64,000 nucleotides of DNA from Mobula hypostoma (lineage: Eukaryota), in assembly GCF_963921235.1 (NCBI RefSeq), contig NC_086108.1, forward strand, positions 108,502,001-108,566,000. The letters run 5' to 3'. The notes under the pieces are model-generated. The model saw only the letters and a program-made list of their open reading frames with translations. It ran no database searches and was not told the DNA's origin. The position numbers and the translations under genes are program-made. Positions within the stretch are counted from its first letter, which is position 1; each line of letters starts with the position of its first letter. Positions 12,001 through 22,490 of the stretch are shown one piece after another.

Positions 12001-12083
12001 CTATATTTAAGAGGGAGTTAGATATGGCCCTTGTGGCTATGGGGGTCAGGGGGTATGGAGGGAAGGCTGGGGCGGGGTTCTGA
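9051..12083 (+). CDS. CR1 ORF2: AP-like endonuclease plus reverse transcriptase, uninterrupted (frame open from 9030; the called start is TTG, first ATG is at 9681)
   Basis: APE motifs NARS, ITETW, VYRPP, MGDFN and SDH. RT motifs KSPGPDG, YRPVSL, YLDFQKAFD, GVPQGSVLGP and KFADD. Confidence 0.95.
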   Translation: MGGGNQIKEARREEVSSQQGDGNQCRETEGCKVRVEAESTKEKSKSGRPTNPGQALKRATFQHNCIRAKRVVKERLKALCVNARSIRNKVDELKVQIVINDYDIVGITETWLQGDQGWELNVQGYSIFKRDRNEGRGGGVALLVKEEINAIERKDISREDVESIWVELRNTKGQKTLVGVVYRPPNSSSEVGDGIKQEIRNVCNKGTAVIMGDFNLHVDWVNQIGKGAEEEDFLESLRDGFLNQNVEEPTSEQAILDWVLSNEEGLISDLVVRGPLGKSDHNMVEFFIKMESDIVNSETKVLNLKRGNFEGMRRELAKIDWQMTLKGLTVDMQWQAFKGCMDELQQLFIPVWQKNKSRKVVHPWLTREIRDSINSKEEAYKLARESGSPEDWEKFRVQQRRTKGLIRKRKKDYERKLAGNIKTDCKSFYRYVKRKRLVKTNVGPLQTETGELIMGSKDMADQLNNYFGSVFTKEDINNLPEIVGDRGSSEMEELSEIHVSREVVLGKLKGLKADKSPGPDGLHPRVLKEVAQEIVDALVIIFQNSLDSGLVSEDWRVANVTPLFKKGGREKPGNYRPVSLSSVVGKLLESFIKDVITAHLESGEMIGQSQHGFVKGKSCLTNLIEFFEDVTSRVDRGEPVDVVYLDFQKAFDKVPHRRLVCKLKAHGIGGKVLVWVENWLADRKQRVGINGTFSEWQTVTIGVPQGSVLGPQLFTIYINDLDEGIKCSISKFADDTKLGGSVSCEEDAKRMQGDLDRLGEWANSWQMQFNVDKCEVIHFGGKNRKTVYYLNGGRLGKGEVQRDLVVIIHQSLKVGMQVQQAVKKANGMLAFIARGFEYRSREVLLQLYKALVRPHLEYCVQFWSPNLRKDILAIEGVQRRFTRLIPGMAGLSYEERLDELGLYSLEFRRLRGDLIETYKILKGLDRLDAGRLFPMLGKSRTRGHSLRIEGKPFRTEIRKNFFTQRVVNLWNSLPQETVEAGSLAIFKRELDMALVAMGVRGYGGKAGAGF

Positions 12084-12639
12084 GTTGGAGGATCAGCCAT
12101 GATCATAATAAATGGCGGTGCAGGCTCGAAGGGCCGAATGGCCTACTCCTGCACCTATTTTATATGTTTCTATGTTTCTATCTGCCTTGCCGAGGCCACA
12201 CAGGGTGGGTGCCCATTGGTCAGCATGGTTACGGTGAGCCGAATTCCTTGTTCCTATGCTGTATGACTCTAAAATGGGATGGGACACTTGCTCAACAGTT
12301 AGCTTGATGCTTTACAGCCCTGGCAACATGCGTTCAATCCCCGTCATTGTCCAGAGGGAGTTTGTACACTCTCCCCGTGACGGTGAGCGTTTCCTCTGGA
12401 TGCTTCACTTTCCTCCCACACTCCAAAGACTGACTGATTCAGGTTAGTAAGTTGTGGGCATGATACGTTGGTGCTGGAACTGTGGCTAAACTTGCAGGCT
12501 TGTCCCAGCACATCTTTGGACTGTGTTGGCTGTTCAAAGTTCAAAAATTTAAGTAAATTTAGTATTAAAGTATGTATATGTCACCATATGCTACCTTGAG
12601 ATTCTTTTCCTTGCAGATATTTACAGGATTGAGGGGAGG

Positions 12640-12862
12640 TTTGAAAGAGGTTCAATCTTAACCCATGACCTGTTGTAGTCCTGCCCAAACTCAGTGGAAA
12701 AACCTGTTTACATTTACCCCTATCTGTACCCCTCATAATTTTGCATACCACTGTCAAATTTCCCCTCATTCTCCTACCTCCCAGGGAATAAAGTCCTAAC
12801 CTCTTCAGCCTTTCCCAATAACCCAGGTCCCCAAGTCCCGGCAGCATCCTTGTAAACTTTTT
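12640..12862 (-). mobile_element. CR1 fragment
   Basis: MLPGLGDLGYWERLKRLGLYSL motif. Confidence 0.75.
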
Positions 12863-13109
12863 CCGCTCTTTTTAAATTTTATGGATATCTGCTTCAAGAT
12901 GGCACCAGTGAACAATGCCAATGGTCATGTCCTGCAGGCAGTTCACAGAACTACGTCTTTTACTTCTTCTATCAAATATGGTTCTCTTGCTAAGCTGTGT
13001 GCGATTGGAGCCTGTGGTTTACTTTTTGATGGCGTGTTTTTGGGCAGATTGAGTCTTGCTGTCTCTGAGGGAGGTTGGTGAGGTAGTGAGTGGAGTGTGT
13101 GGTCTGGAA

Positions 13110-13847
13110 ACCTGGAGATGAGGGAACACAAACCAATCCTCATAGAGGGATCAGAAGTGGAGAGACTGAGCAACTTCAAGTTCCTGGGTGTTAATATCGC
13201 TGAGGATCGAACTTGGATGCAACATACTGTATTGATGCAGCTGTGAAAAAGGCGAGACAGCAGCTGCATTTCATCCAGAGTTTGAGGAGGTTTGATTTGT
13301 CAACTAAAAAGCTGGAAAACATCTCTAAATATACCAGGGATAGCATTCTGACTGGCTGCATCACCATCTGATATGGGCTGGCGATTGCACAAGGTTGAAA
13401 TAAGTTACAGAAATTGTAAAACTAGTCAGCTCCATCATGGGCCCCAGCCTTCATGATAATGAGTCTACCTTCAAGGAGTGGTGTCTTGGGAAGGCGGCGT
13501 CCACCATTAAGGACCCCCATCACCCAGGACATGCCCTCTTCTCACTGCTATCACCCGGAAAGGGGTACAGAAACTGAAGGCACACACTCAGTGATTCAAG
13601 AACAGCTTCTTCCCCTCTGACATCTGATTCCTAAATGGACATTAAACCCATGAGCACTACCTCACCACTTTTTTTTAAATTTCTTTTTTTTTACACTACT
13701 TATTTTTAGTTAAACTATTTAATAGACTTCGTGTAATTCTGTGTTTTTCTCTAAATTTATTTTTCACGTACTTCATTGTACTGCTGTCATAAAGTTAATA
13801 AATTTCACGACATGTGCCAGTGAAATTAAACCTGACTGTGATTCTGG
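13110..13847 (+). mobile_element. Rex1-type LINE 3' fragment (decayed)
   Basis: FKFLGVNIAED, KKARQQLHF and ILTGCIT motifs, plus a 3'UTR ending ttaaacctgactgtgattct. Confidence 0.75.
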
Positions 13848-14860
13848 ATGACAAGGGTATGGAGGACTATAGTCTGGGCGTAGGTGAATGGGACTAGGCA
13901 GTTTAAATGGTTTGGCCTGAACTAGATGGGCTGAAGGGCCTGTTTCTGTGCTGTACTTTTCTATGGCTCTATGAGTATAAAAAAAACAAATATAGTAGAC
14001 TCTATGAAAAACTACAAAAATGCAAACAACACATTTCAAAGTATGCTTCGGCGATGTGACAAATAAATCCTATCTTACCATGATTCTATGACTCTGTGAC
14101 ACTTGGTTTAATTGAATTGGGAAGTTACAAAGGCACAATAATTCAAGTTAAAGACAGTGCGGTAGGTGAAAAACTTCCAACCCGACGGGATGTTCCAAAG
14201 TTCCTCAATGTCTCGTTCATGCTGGGAAATGTAGTGGGCAAATCTAAAGTAGATAAATATTTGGAAAATAAATAAATTAAAAGGAGATGCTGAGAGAATT
14301 GGGCTAACTGGATGATCGCCAGCACATATGCAAGGAGCTGACATACCAATTCTCTGTCTCCAGATAACTCTGCGTATAGAGTATCCAGTTGCAATTTAAG
14401 TTTCTCCATTGATGTTTTTCCTTAACCCATCCTACCCTGTTTTGCTTCTTAATCCAGACGCTTATTACTGATTAAGTGAAATAAAGATCTCCTGCTGACT
14501 GCTTTAAACTTGCGTTTCCCTAATTGGATGTGGACTTTGCGGAATGTAGAGTGAGAGCGATACAAAAATCTTGATTAGCACCAGATGAGATGTCACACAG
14601 CAGCAACAAACCTAATTGCTGAGGCTTTAATCCTTCTCCTGGTGGCTGCTGAATATATTTGGTCGCTAACTGCCTGGTAATTATATATGGACTCAGTGGA
14701 CACTTTATTTTGTATGTCCCGTACCAGATAAAGTGGTCTCGGAGTGTACGTTCACGGTCTTCTGCAGCTGGAGCCCACCCACTTCAAGGTTCAACATGTC
14801 GTGCATTCAGAGATGCCCTTCTGCACACCACTGCTGTGACACGTGGTTATTTGAGTTACT

Positions 14861-16234
14861 TATACTTTACACTTTATTGTCGCCAAACAATTGATACTAG
14901 AACGTACAATCATCACAGCGATATTTGATTCTGCGCTTCCCACTCCCTGGATTACAAATATTAAATATTAAAAATAGTAAAAATTAGTAAATATTAAAAA
15001 ATTAAATTATAAATCATAAATAGAAAATAGAAAAATGGAAAGTAAGGCAGTGCAAAAAAAACCGAGAGGCCGGTCCGGATATTTGGAGGGTACGGCCCAG
15101 ATCCGGGTCAGGATCCGTTCAGCAGTCTTATCACAGTTGGAAAGAAGCTGTTCCCAAATCTGGCCGTACGAGTCTTCATGCTCCTGAGCCTTCTCCCAGA
15201 GGGTAGAGGGACGAAAAGTGTGTTGGCTGGGTGGGTCGTGTCCTTGATTATCCTGGCAGCACTGCTCCGACAGCATGCGGTGTAAAGTGAGTCCAAGGAT
15301 GGAAGATTGGTTTGTGTGATGTGCTGCGCCGTGTTCACGATCTTCTGCAGCTTCTTCCGGTCTTGGACAGGACAACTTCCATACCAGGTTGTGATGCATC
15401 CTAGAAGAATGCTTTCTACGGTGCATCTATAAAAATTAGTGAGGGTTTTAGGGGACAGGCCAAATTTATTTAGTTTTCTCAGGAAGTAAAGGCGCTGGTG
15501 GGCCTTCTTGGCAGTGAACTCTGCTTGGTTGGACCAAGTCAGGTCATTTGTGATATTGACCCAGAGGAACTTAAAGCTTTTGACCTGTTCCACTTGCGCA
15601 CCACCGATGTAAATGGGGTCGTGCGGTCCGCTACTCCTTCTGAAGTTAACAACCAATTCCTTCATCTTGCTGACATTGAGGGATAGGTTATTTTCTTTGC
15701 ACCATGCCACCAGGTTCTTAATTTCCTCTCTGTACTCAAACTCATCATTACCCGAGATACGGCCTACAATTGTTGTGTCATCAGCAAACTTATATATTGA
15801 GTTTGATGGAAACTTGGCTACACAATCATGGGTGTACAGTGGGTACAGCAGGGGGCTGAGTACACAGCCTTGTGGGGCACCGGTGCTCAGAGTGATTGTA
15901 GAGGAGAGCTTGTCCCCTATTTTTACAGCCTGGGTCCTGTCTGTGAGGAAGTTGAAAATCCAGCTGCAGATCTGATTGCTAAGGCCCAGGTTCCGGAGCT
16001 TAGGAATCAGTTTATTTGGAATGATGGTATTAAAGGCAGAGCTGTAGTCAATAAAAAGGAGCCTTACGTATGCATCTTTATTCTCCAGGTGTTCCAAGGA
16101 GGAACGTAGGGCCAGAGAGATGGCATCTGCTGTTGACCTGTTGCTCCGGTAGGTGAATTGCAAAGCGTCGAGGTTGACCGGTGGTCTGTGGTTGATGTGT
16201 GCCATAACCAATCGCTCGAAGCACTTCATAGCAA
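14861..16234 (-). mobile_element. Rex1/Babar LINE, 5'-truncated and young. Open RT ORF at 15108-16229
   Basis: [33 protein letters not shown] and KFADD motifs. Candidate TSD tact at 14857-14860 and 16235-16238. Confidence 0.9.
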
Positions 16235-16719
16235 TACTGTCACTTTCCTGTCAGTTTGAAACAGTCTGGCCACTCTCCTCTGACCTCTCCCCTTAACCAG
16301 GTGTTTTCACCCACAGAACTGCTACTCTGGATTTTTTTTTTGTTTTTCGCAACATTCTCTGTAAACTCTGGAGACTGTTGAGTGTGAAAATCCCAAGAGA
16401 TCAGCAGTTTCTGAGATATTGAACCACCCCACATGGCACCAAAAATCATTTCAAGGGAAAAGTCACTTAGATCACATTTCTTCCCTGTTCTGATGTTTAG
16501 TCTGAACAACAACTGAACCACTGTATCCTCCAAACTGTTGCCAGGAACATGATCTCTCCTTCTGGGTCCCCTTTCTCCTATTGTCCACTCTCCTCTCCTG
16601 TCAGATTTTTTCTTCCCCAGCCCTTCACCTTCCCCCCCACCTGGCTTCACCTATCACCTTCTAGTCAGCTTCTTTCCCCAAACACAAAATACTCTGCAGG
16701 TGCTGGGGTCAAAGCAACA

Positions 16720-16830
16720 CTCACAACACGCTGGAGGAACTCAGCAGGTTGGGCAGCATCCGTGGAAACGTCGACTCATTGTTTCCACGGATGCTGCCCG
16801 ACCTGCTGAGTTCCTCCAGCGTGTCGTGAG
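16720..16830. repeat. Near-perfect inverted repeat: 50-bp arms, 11-nt loop
   Basis: 16720-16769 matches the reverse complement of 16781-16830 with 2 mismatches. Confidence 0.92.
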
Positions 16831-17524
16831 CTTCTTTCTCCTCCCCCTAGCTTTTTATTTTGGCATCTTCCCCCTTCCTTCTTAGTCCTGGTGAAGGGTC
16901 TCAGCCTGAAACATTGACTGTTCATTCCTCTCCATAGGTGCTGCCTGACCTGCTGAGTTCCGCCAGCATTTTGTGTGCGTTGCTCTGGATTTCCAGCGTC
17001 TGCAGACTTCCTCATCTTTGTGACCGAAGCACTTAACTGTGTCTGCAAGCTTTTATGAATTGTGTTGCTGCCACGTGACTGGCTGATTAGATATTTGCAT
17101 TAACAAACAGGAATACAGGTGTACCTAATAAAGTGGCCACCGAGTGTATGGTTACCACTGAGTCGATGGAACACCGTTTCTTCTCTCCTTGCGTTCTACG
17201 TGGTCATTTACAGTTGATAAGTTGAACCATAAAATGAAAACACATTTTCCAATAATTAGTTTAAGCAGCTTAAACGGCTGGAAATGGAAGCCTGCAAATT
17301 AATCTCGTTTCAACGCCAGCAGCAGCACATTAAATAAAATAGCCTCTTTACCAATTCTGGAGAAGCAATCTTTCACCCAGAGTGGAATATCGAACCAGCA
17401 CTGAGTGGGGAAGGGAAGTGATAAATATTCAACTGTTCAGCAGCAGCAAATATTGCAAACTTCAGAGTCTCTGGGCTTTGACAAGGCAATGTTAGAATAA
17501 AGTGTAGACTATTTCCTAAGCCAG

Positions 17525-18010
17525 GAACAAATTGAGAAAAAGGAGGTACAAAGGGACGTGGGTGTTTTTTGTGCAGGATTCCCTAAAAATTAACTTGCAG
17601 GTAGAGTTGGTGGTGAAGAAGGTGAATACAATGGCATTCATTTCAAAAAGATGAGAATATAAAAACAAGGATGTAATGCTGAGGCCTTATAAGCCATTGG
17701 TCAGACTGCACTTGGAGTATTGTAAGCAGTTTTGGGTCCTTAACTAAGAAAGGATGTGCGGGCATTGGAGAAGGTCTGGAAGAGGTTCAGAAGGATGATA
17801 TCAGGAATGAAAGGGTTAATGCACGAGGAACTTTTGTTGCCTCTGGGCCTGTATTCTGTGGAGTTTAGAAGATTGAAGATAGGATCACATTGAATATTGA
17901 AAGATCTATATAGAGTGGATGTGCAGATGATGTTTCCTATAGTGGGGGAGTCTAGGACCAGAGACGCAGCTTCAGAATAGAAGGAGCTATTCTTTTAGAA
18001 CAGAGAAAAG
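17525..18010 (+). mobile_element. Old CR1 fragment
   Basis: Degenerate LYKPLVRLHLEYC and SRTRDAASE motifs with stops. Confidence 0.75.
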
Positions 18011-19145
18011 CAAGATGGTGGTAAATACATTGAAAGATAAAGCAAAATGATACCTTACATTGAGGATGTGCTGGGGACGCCGCCAACATAGCATGCCCAC
18101 AACTCACTAACATTTTTTGGAATGTCAGTAGAAACCGTAGTACCTGGAAGAAAGCCACCCTGTCACGGGGAGAGCATGCAAACTCCACGCAGGCTGTGGC
18201 ACAAATTGCACCCCAATCTTATGGTTGGCATTGTAAAATATTGCACTAACTGCTATGCCACCATACAGCCCAGATTGCAACAAATTTCAGGAATTTCAAT
18301 AAATTTTTGCGGTTCATAGACTCCAGTAAATTTATACAGCCACAACACTGAACATTATGCTAGTGAAGAAGTTAGCTTAAAGTTATTCCTGTGCCGGTGA
18401 TCAAGGTTCAATTCTGCCTCTGCCTGTAAGGAGTTTGTACGTTCCCCCTGTCGCTGCGTGGGTTTCCTCTGGGCGCTCTGGCTTCCTCCCACAGGCCAAA
18501 GACTTACCGGTAAGTAGGTTAAATGTTCACATGGACGTAATTGGCTGGCATGGGCTCGTTGGGCTGCAAGAGCCTGTTACTGTGCTAGATCTCTATATAA
18601 ATAAATTAAAATAAACACCCACATTTGCCGTCTACTTGAAACTGATGAAACTGGCCAGAAAAGTTCATGAAATTTTTTTGATGATGTTGAATGGCAAAGG
18701 TAATGTTGAATTAAAAGAGACCAGAAGAACTGAAGTTGAACCGTCTGTACAGAACCGCATAGAAACAATCGAAGTACATATTAAAATCTGGTGATTGTCT
18801 CCGGCTTCATTTAGAGGAGTTCACATTCTCTTGGTCTCACTGGCTGATTAGAGACAAACCACATCACACTTTAATGTCTTTTTTTCTGTTCTGAATTGCG
18901 AGTGGGCGCGAAACCGCAACGTCATCAATCGTTAAGAGCGGCTACTGTTTTTGCAGTCTGGTTTACAACAGAAACTGTCTCAATGGATAGCCAAGATTGC
19001 TTTTCATATCCTTTCTACATGAGCAGTCAGATTCATTGTCCACAAATGAAAGCTCTTTCTGATTTTCTGTGCACTTGCTTGACTTCACAGAAAGCTGGAC
19101 TAGTTGGAAATAATTTGGAAGATGTGTAGCTTGACTGATTGATGG

Positions 19146-19500
19146 TTGGGTTGAGTTGTTCTCCGATCTTGGCAATTTGCTTGCGAACATTTCGTCACTA
19201 TGCAAGGAGATATCGTCAGTGCGCTGTGGATTGAGGGGAGACTACCGAATGCTTGGGCTTTGTATACTCTTCAGTCAGCTGACCACAATGCACAAAGTTC
19301 TCCACACAGCCAATCAATGGCAAAATTTCCTCCCCACATCATAACTGAGCTTCTAAAATGATATCCAATCAGCTGATTGAAAAGTATATAAAGGCCAAGT
19401 GTTCAGAGGATGCACTCCAATCGACAGCACACTTCTGATGTCTCCTTGCACAGTGACAAGATTTTTGCAGTTGCCAAAATCAGAGAAGAACTCAATCCAA
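19146..19500. mobile_element. Fold-back element of about 355 bp, derived from a second Penelope pLTR family, with hammerhead motif
   Basis: Arms 19146-19285 and 19367-19500 are reverse-complementary but diverged. The minus strand of the left arm reads CTGACGA-tatctccttgcatagtgac-GAAA. Confidence 0.7.
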
Positions 19501-19681
19501 TGATATAGCCTAGTGTATTGCTGGAAAATTGTCCTGCTGTGTCTCCAATATACACCAAAAAGCCACTTTATTAGGTACACTTGTATCCCTGCTTGTTAAT
19601 ATCTAATCAGCCAATCGTGTGGCAGCAACTCAGTTCACAAAAGCATGCAGACATGGTCAAGAGGCTCAGTTGTTATTCCAG

Positions 19682-21670
19682 CAACACACATCAAAGTTGC
19701 TGGTGAACGCAGCAGGTCAGGCAGCATCTCTAGGAAGAGGTACAGTCGACGTTTCGGGCTGAGACCCTTCGTCAGGACTAACTGAAGGAAGAGCTAGTAA
19801 GAGATTTGAAAGTGGGAGAGAGAGGGGGAGATCCAAAATGATAAGAAAAGACAGGAGGGGGAGGGATGGAGCCAAGAGCTGGACAGGTGATTGGCAAAAG
19901 GGATATGAGAGGATCATGGGACAGGAGGCCCAGGGAGAAGGAAAAGGGGGGGGGAACCCAGAGGATGGGCAAGGGGTATAGTGAGAGGGACAGAAGGAGA
20001 AAATGGAGTGAGAGAGAAAGAATGTGTGTATATAAATAAATAACGGATGGGGTACGAGGGAGAGGTGGGTCATTAGCAGAAGTTAGAGAAGTTAATGTTC
20101 ATGCCATCAGGTTGGAGGCTACCCAGACGGAATATAAGGTATTGTTCCTCCAACCTGAGTGTGGCTTCATCTTTAAAGTAGAGGAGGCCATGGGTAGACA
20201 TGTCAGAATGGGAATGGGATGTGGAATTAAAATGTGTGGCCACTGGGAGATCCCGCTTTCTCTGGCGGACAGAGCGTAGGTGTTCAGCGAAACGATCTCC
20301 CAGTCTGCGTTGGGTCTCGCCAATATATAAAAGGCCACATCGGGAGCACCGGACGCAGTGTATCACCCCAGCCGACTCACAGGTGAAGTGTCACCTCACC
20401 TGGAAGGACTGTTTGGGGCCCTGAATGGTGGTAAGGGAGGAAGTGTAAGGGCATGTGTAGCACTTGTTCCACTTACAAAGATAAGTTCGATCCCTGCGGA
20501 AAGCAGAGTGGGGGGGAGGGAAAGATGTGCTTAGGGGTGGGATCCCGTTGGAGGTGGCGGAAGTTACGGAGAATAATATGTTGGACCCGGAGGCTGGTGG
20601 GGTGGTAGGTGAGGACCAGGGGAACCCTATTCCTAGTGGGGTGGCGGGAGGATGGAGTGAGAGCAGATGTGCGTGAAATGGGGGAGATGCGTTTGAGAGC
20701 AGAGTTGATGGTGGTGGAAGGGAAGCCCCTTTCTTTAAAAAAGGAAGACATCTCCCTCATCCTGGAATGAAAATCCTCATCCTGAGAGCAGATGCCGTGG
20801 AGATGGAGAAATTGCGAGAAGGGGATGGCATTTTTGCAAGAGACAGGGTGAGAAGAGGAATAGTCCAGATAGCTGTGAGGGTCAGTAGGCTTATAGTAGA
20901 CATCGGTAGATAAGCTGTCTCCAGAGACAGAGACAGAGAGATCTAGAAAGGGAAGGGAGGTGTCAGAAATGGACCAGGTAAACTTGAGGGCAGGGTGAAA
21001 GTTGGAGGCAAAGTTAATGAAGTCAACGAGCTCAGCATGCATGCAGGAAGCAGCGCCAATGCAGTCGTCGATGTAGCGAAGGAAAAGTGGGGGACAGATA
21101 CCAAAACAGGTTTGGAACATAGATTGTTCCACAAAGCCAACAAAAAGGCAGGCATAGCTGGGACCCATACGGGTGCCCATAGCTACACCTTTAGTTTGGA
21201 GGAAGTGGGAGGAGCCAAAGGAGAAATTACTAAGAGTAAGGACTAATTCCGCTAGACGGAGCAGAGTGGTGGTAGGGGGAACTGATTAGGTTTGGAATCC
21301 AAAAAGAAGCGGAGAGCTTTGAGACCTTCCTGATGGGGGATGGAAGTATATAAGGACTGGACATCCATGGTGAAAATAAAGCGGTGGGGGCCAGGGAACT
21401 TAAAATCATCGAAAAGTTTAAGAGCGTGAGAAGTGTCACGAGCATAGGTAGGAAGGGATTGAACAAGGGGGGATAAAACCGTGTCGAGGTATGCAGAAAC
21501 GAGTTTGGTGGGGCAGGAGCAAGCTGAGACAATAGGTCTGCCAGGACAGGCAGGTTTGTGGCTCTTGGGTAGGAGGTAGAAACGGGAAGTGCGAGGTGTG
21601 GGAACTATAAGGTTGATGGCAGTGGATGGGAGATCCCCTGAGCGGCTAAAGTCAGTGATGGTGTGGGTGG
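19682..21670 (-). mobile_element. Penelope-like retroelement (RT plus GIY-YIG endonuclease plus pLTR), truncated and frameshifted
   Basis: RT motifs MGTRMGPSYACLF and LRYIDD. GIY-YIG region IHCVRCSRCGLLYIGETQRRLGDRFAEH, ending LGSLQPDGMNINFSNF*. Confidence 0.92.
19744..19779 (-). ncRNA. Minimal type I hammerhead ribozyme with intact core, in the Penelope pLTR
   Basis: agtc-CTGACGA-a-ggg-tctcag-ccc-GAAA-cg-TC-gact. Stem I agtc/gact, stem II ggg/ccc, palindromic ACGT in place of stem III, GUC cleavage triplet. Confidence 0.75.
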
Positions 21671-22014
21671 GTTGTTGTTCTAGTTGGTTCTCTGCTACTT
21701 GCCACCCTATCTGTGGGTTTCATGGGTGAGTGGAGCTTAAACCACCTTCCCAAAGGTGCAAAGAAATGACAGAGGTTTGTTAATACACTCAGTGGCCACT
21801 TTACCAGGTACCTCCAAATGTAGCCCATTCACATAAGGGTTTGATATGTTGCACATTTATAGAACTCATCTACACACCACTGTTGTAATGTGTGGTTAGT
21901 TGAGTTACTGTTGGCTCCCTGCCAGCTTGAACCAGTCTAGCCATTGTCCTCTGATCTTTCTCATGTTCACCAACAGAATGGTGGCTCACTGGCGAGAGTC
22001 TCGCAAATGCCCCT

Positions 22015-22490
22015 AGTGTATCTGCCTTTATACCTGGAGCTGGAGTATTGTATTCATCTCTGGTCACCCTTTTACAGTAAGGGTGTGGAGGCTTTGGACA
22101 GGGTGCAGAAAAGGCTTACCACGATGTTGCCTGAAGGAGAGTGTACGTGCTGTAGTGAGAGGTTGAGCAAACTTGGATTGTTTTCACTGGAGGAGCGGAG
22201 GCTGAGGGGAGAACTTGACGGAAGCTTATAACGCCATAAGAATTAATAATAATTGATAATCAGGAGCGCTTTCCCGGGATATAAATGTCAAATACTAGAG
22301 GGCATGCATTTAGGTGAGAGGGGGTAAAAAGAGATATTTGGGGTAAGTTTTTTTTATATACAGAGAGTGGTGGATATCTGGAATGTGCAGCCATGAGCGA
22401 TGGTGGAGTTCGATATGATAAAGACCTTTAGGAATGTGCAGGAAAAGAAGAATATGAGCATAATGTCGGCAGAGGGGATTAGTTTAGGCA
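22015..22490 (+). mobile_element. Old CR1 3' fragment
   Basis: LEYCIHLWSPFY and LGLFSLEERRLRG motifs. Confidence 0.75.

Larger units (their letters stand above)
8981..12182 (+). mobile_element. CR1 LINE (family A), young, 5'-truncated inside ORF1
   Basis: ORF1 C-terminal remnant, complete ORF2, and 3'UTR with gggccgaatggcct hairpin and (tatgtttc)n octamer tail. Inserted in an older minus-strand CR1 fragment, with 'atc' at both junctions (8981-8983 and 12180-12182). Confidence 0.95.
14690..17146 (-). mobile_element. Non-autonomous Tc1/mariner remnant, interrupted by a Rex1 LINE and a Penelope-derived element
   Basis: TIRs actcagtggacactttatt (14691) and aataaagtggccaccgagtg followed by TA (17147-17148). 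Transposase N-terminal remnant GKKCDLSDF...ISQ(K)LL on the minus strand at about 16300-16490. Related ends at about 19550-19680 and 21784-21990. Confidence 0.7.

Noticed and set aside
9416..12106. Long antisense ORFs (9416-10192, 10991-11395, 11414-12106)
   Set aside because: These are shadow frames of CR1 ORF2 with no recognisable domains. The same shadows recur in sibling copies.
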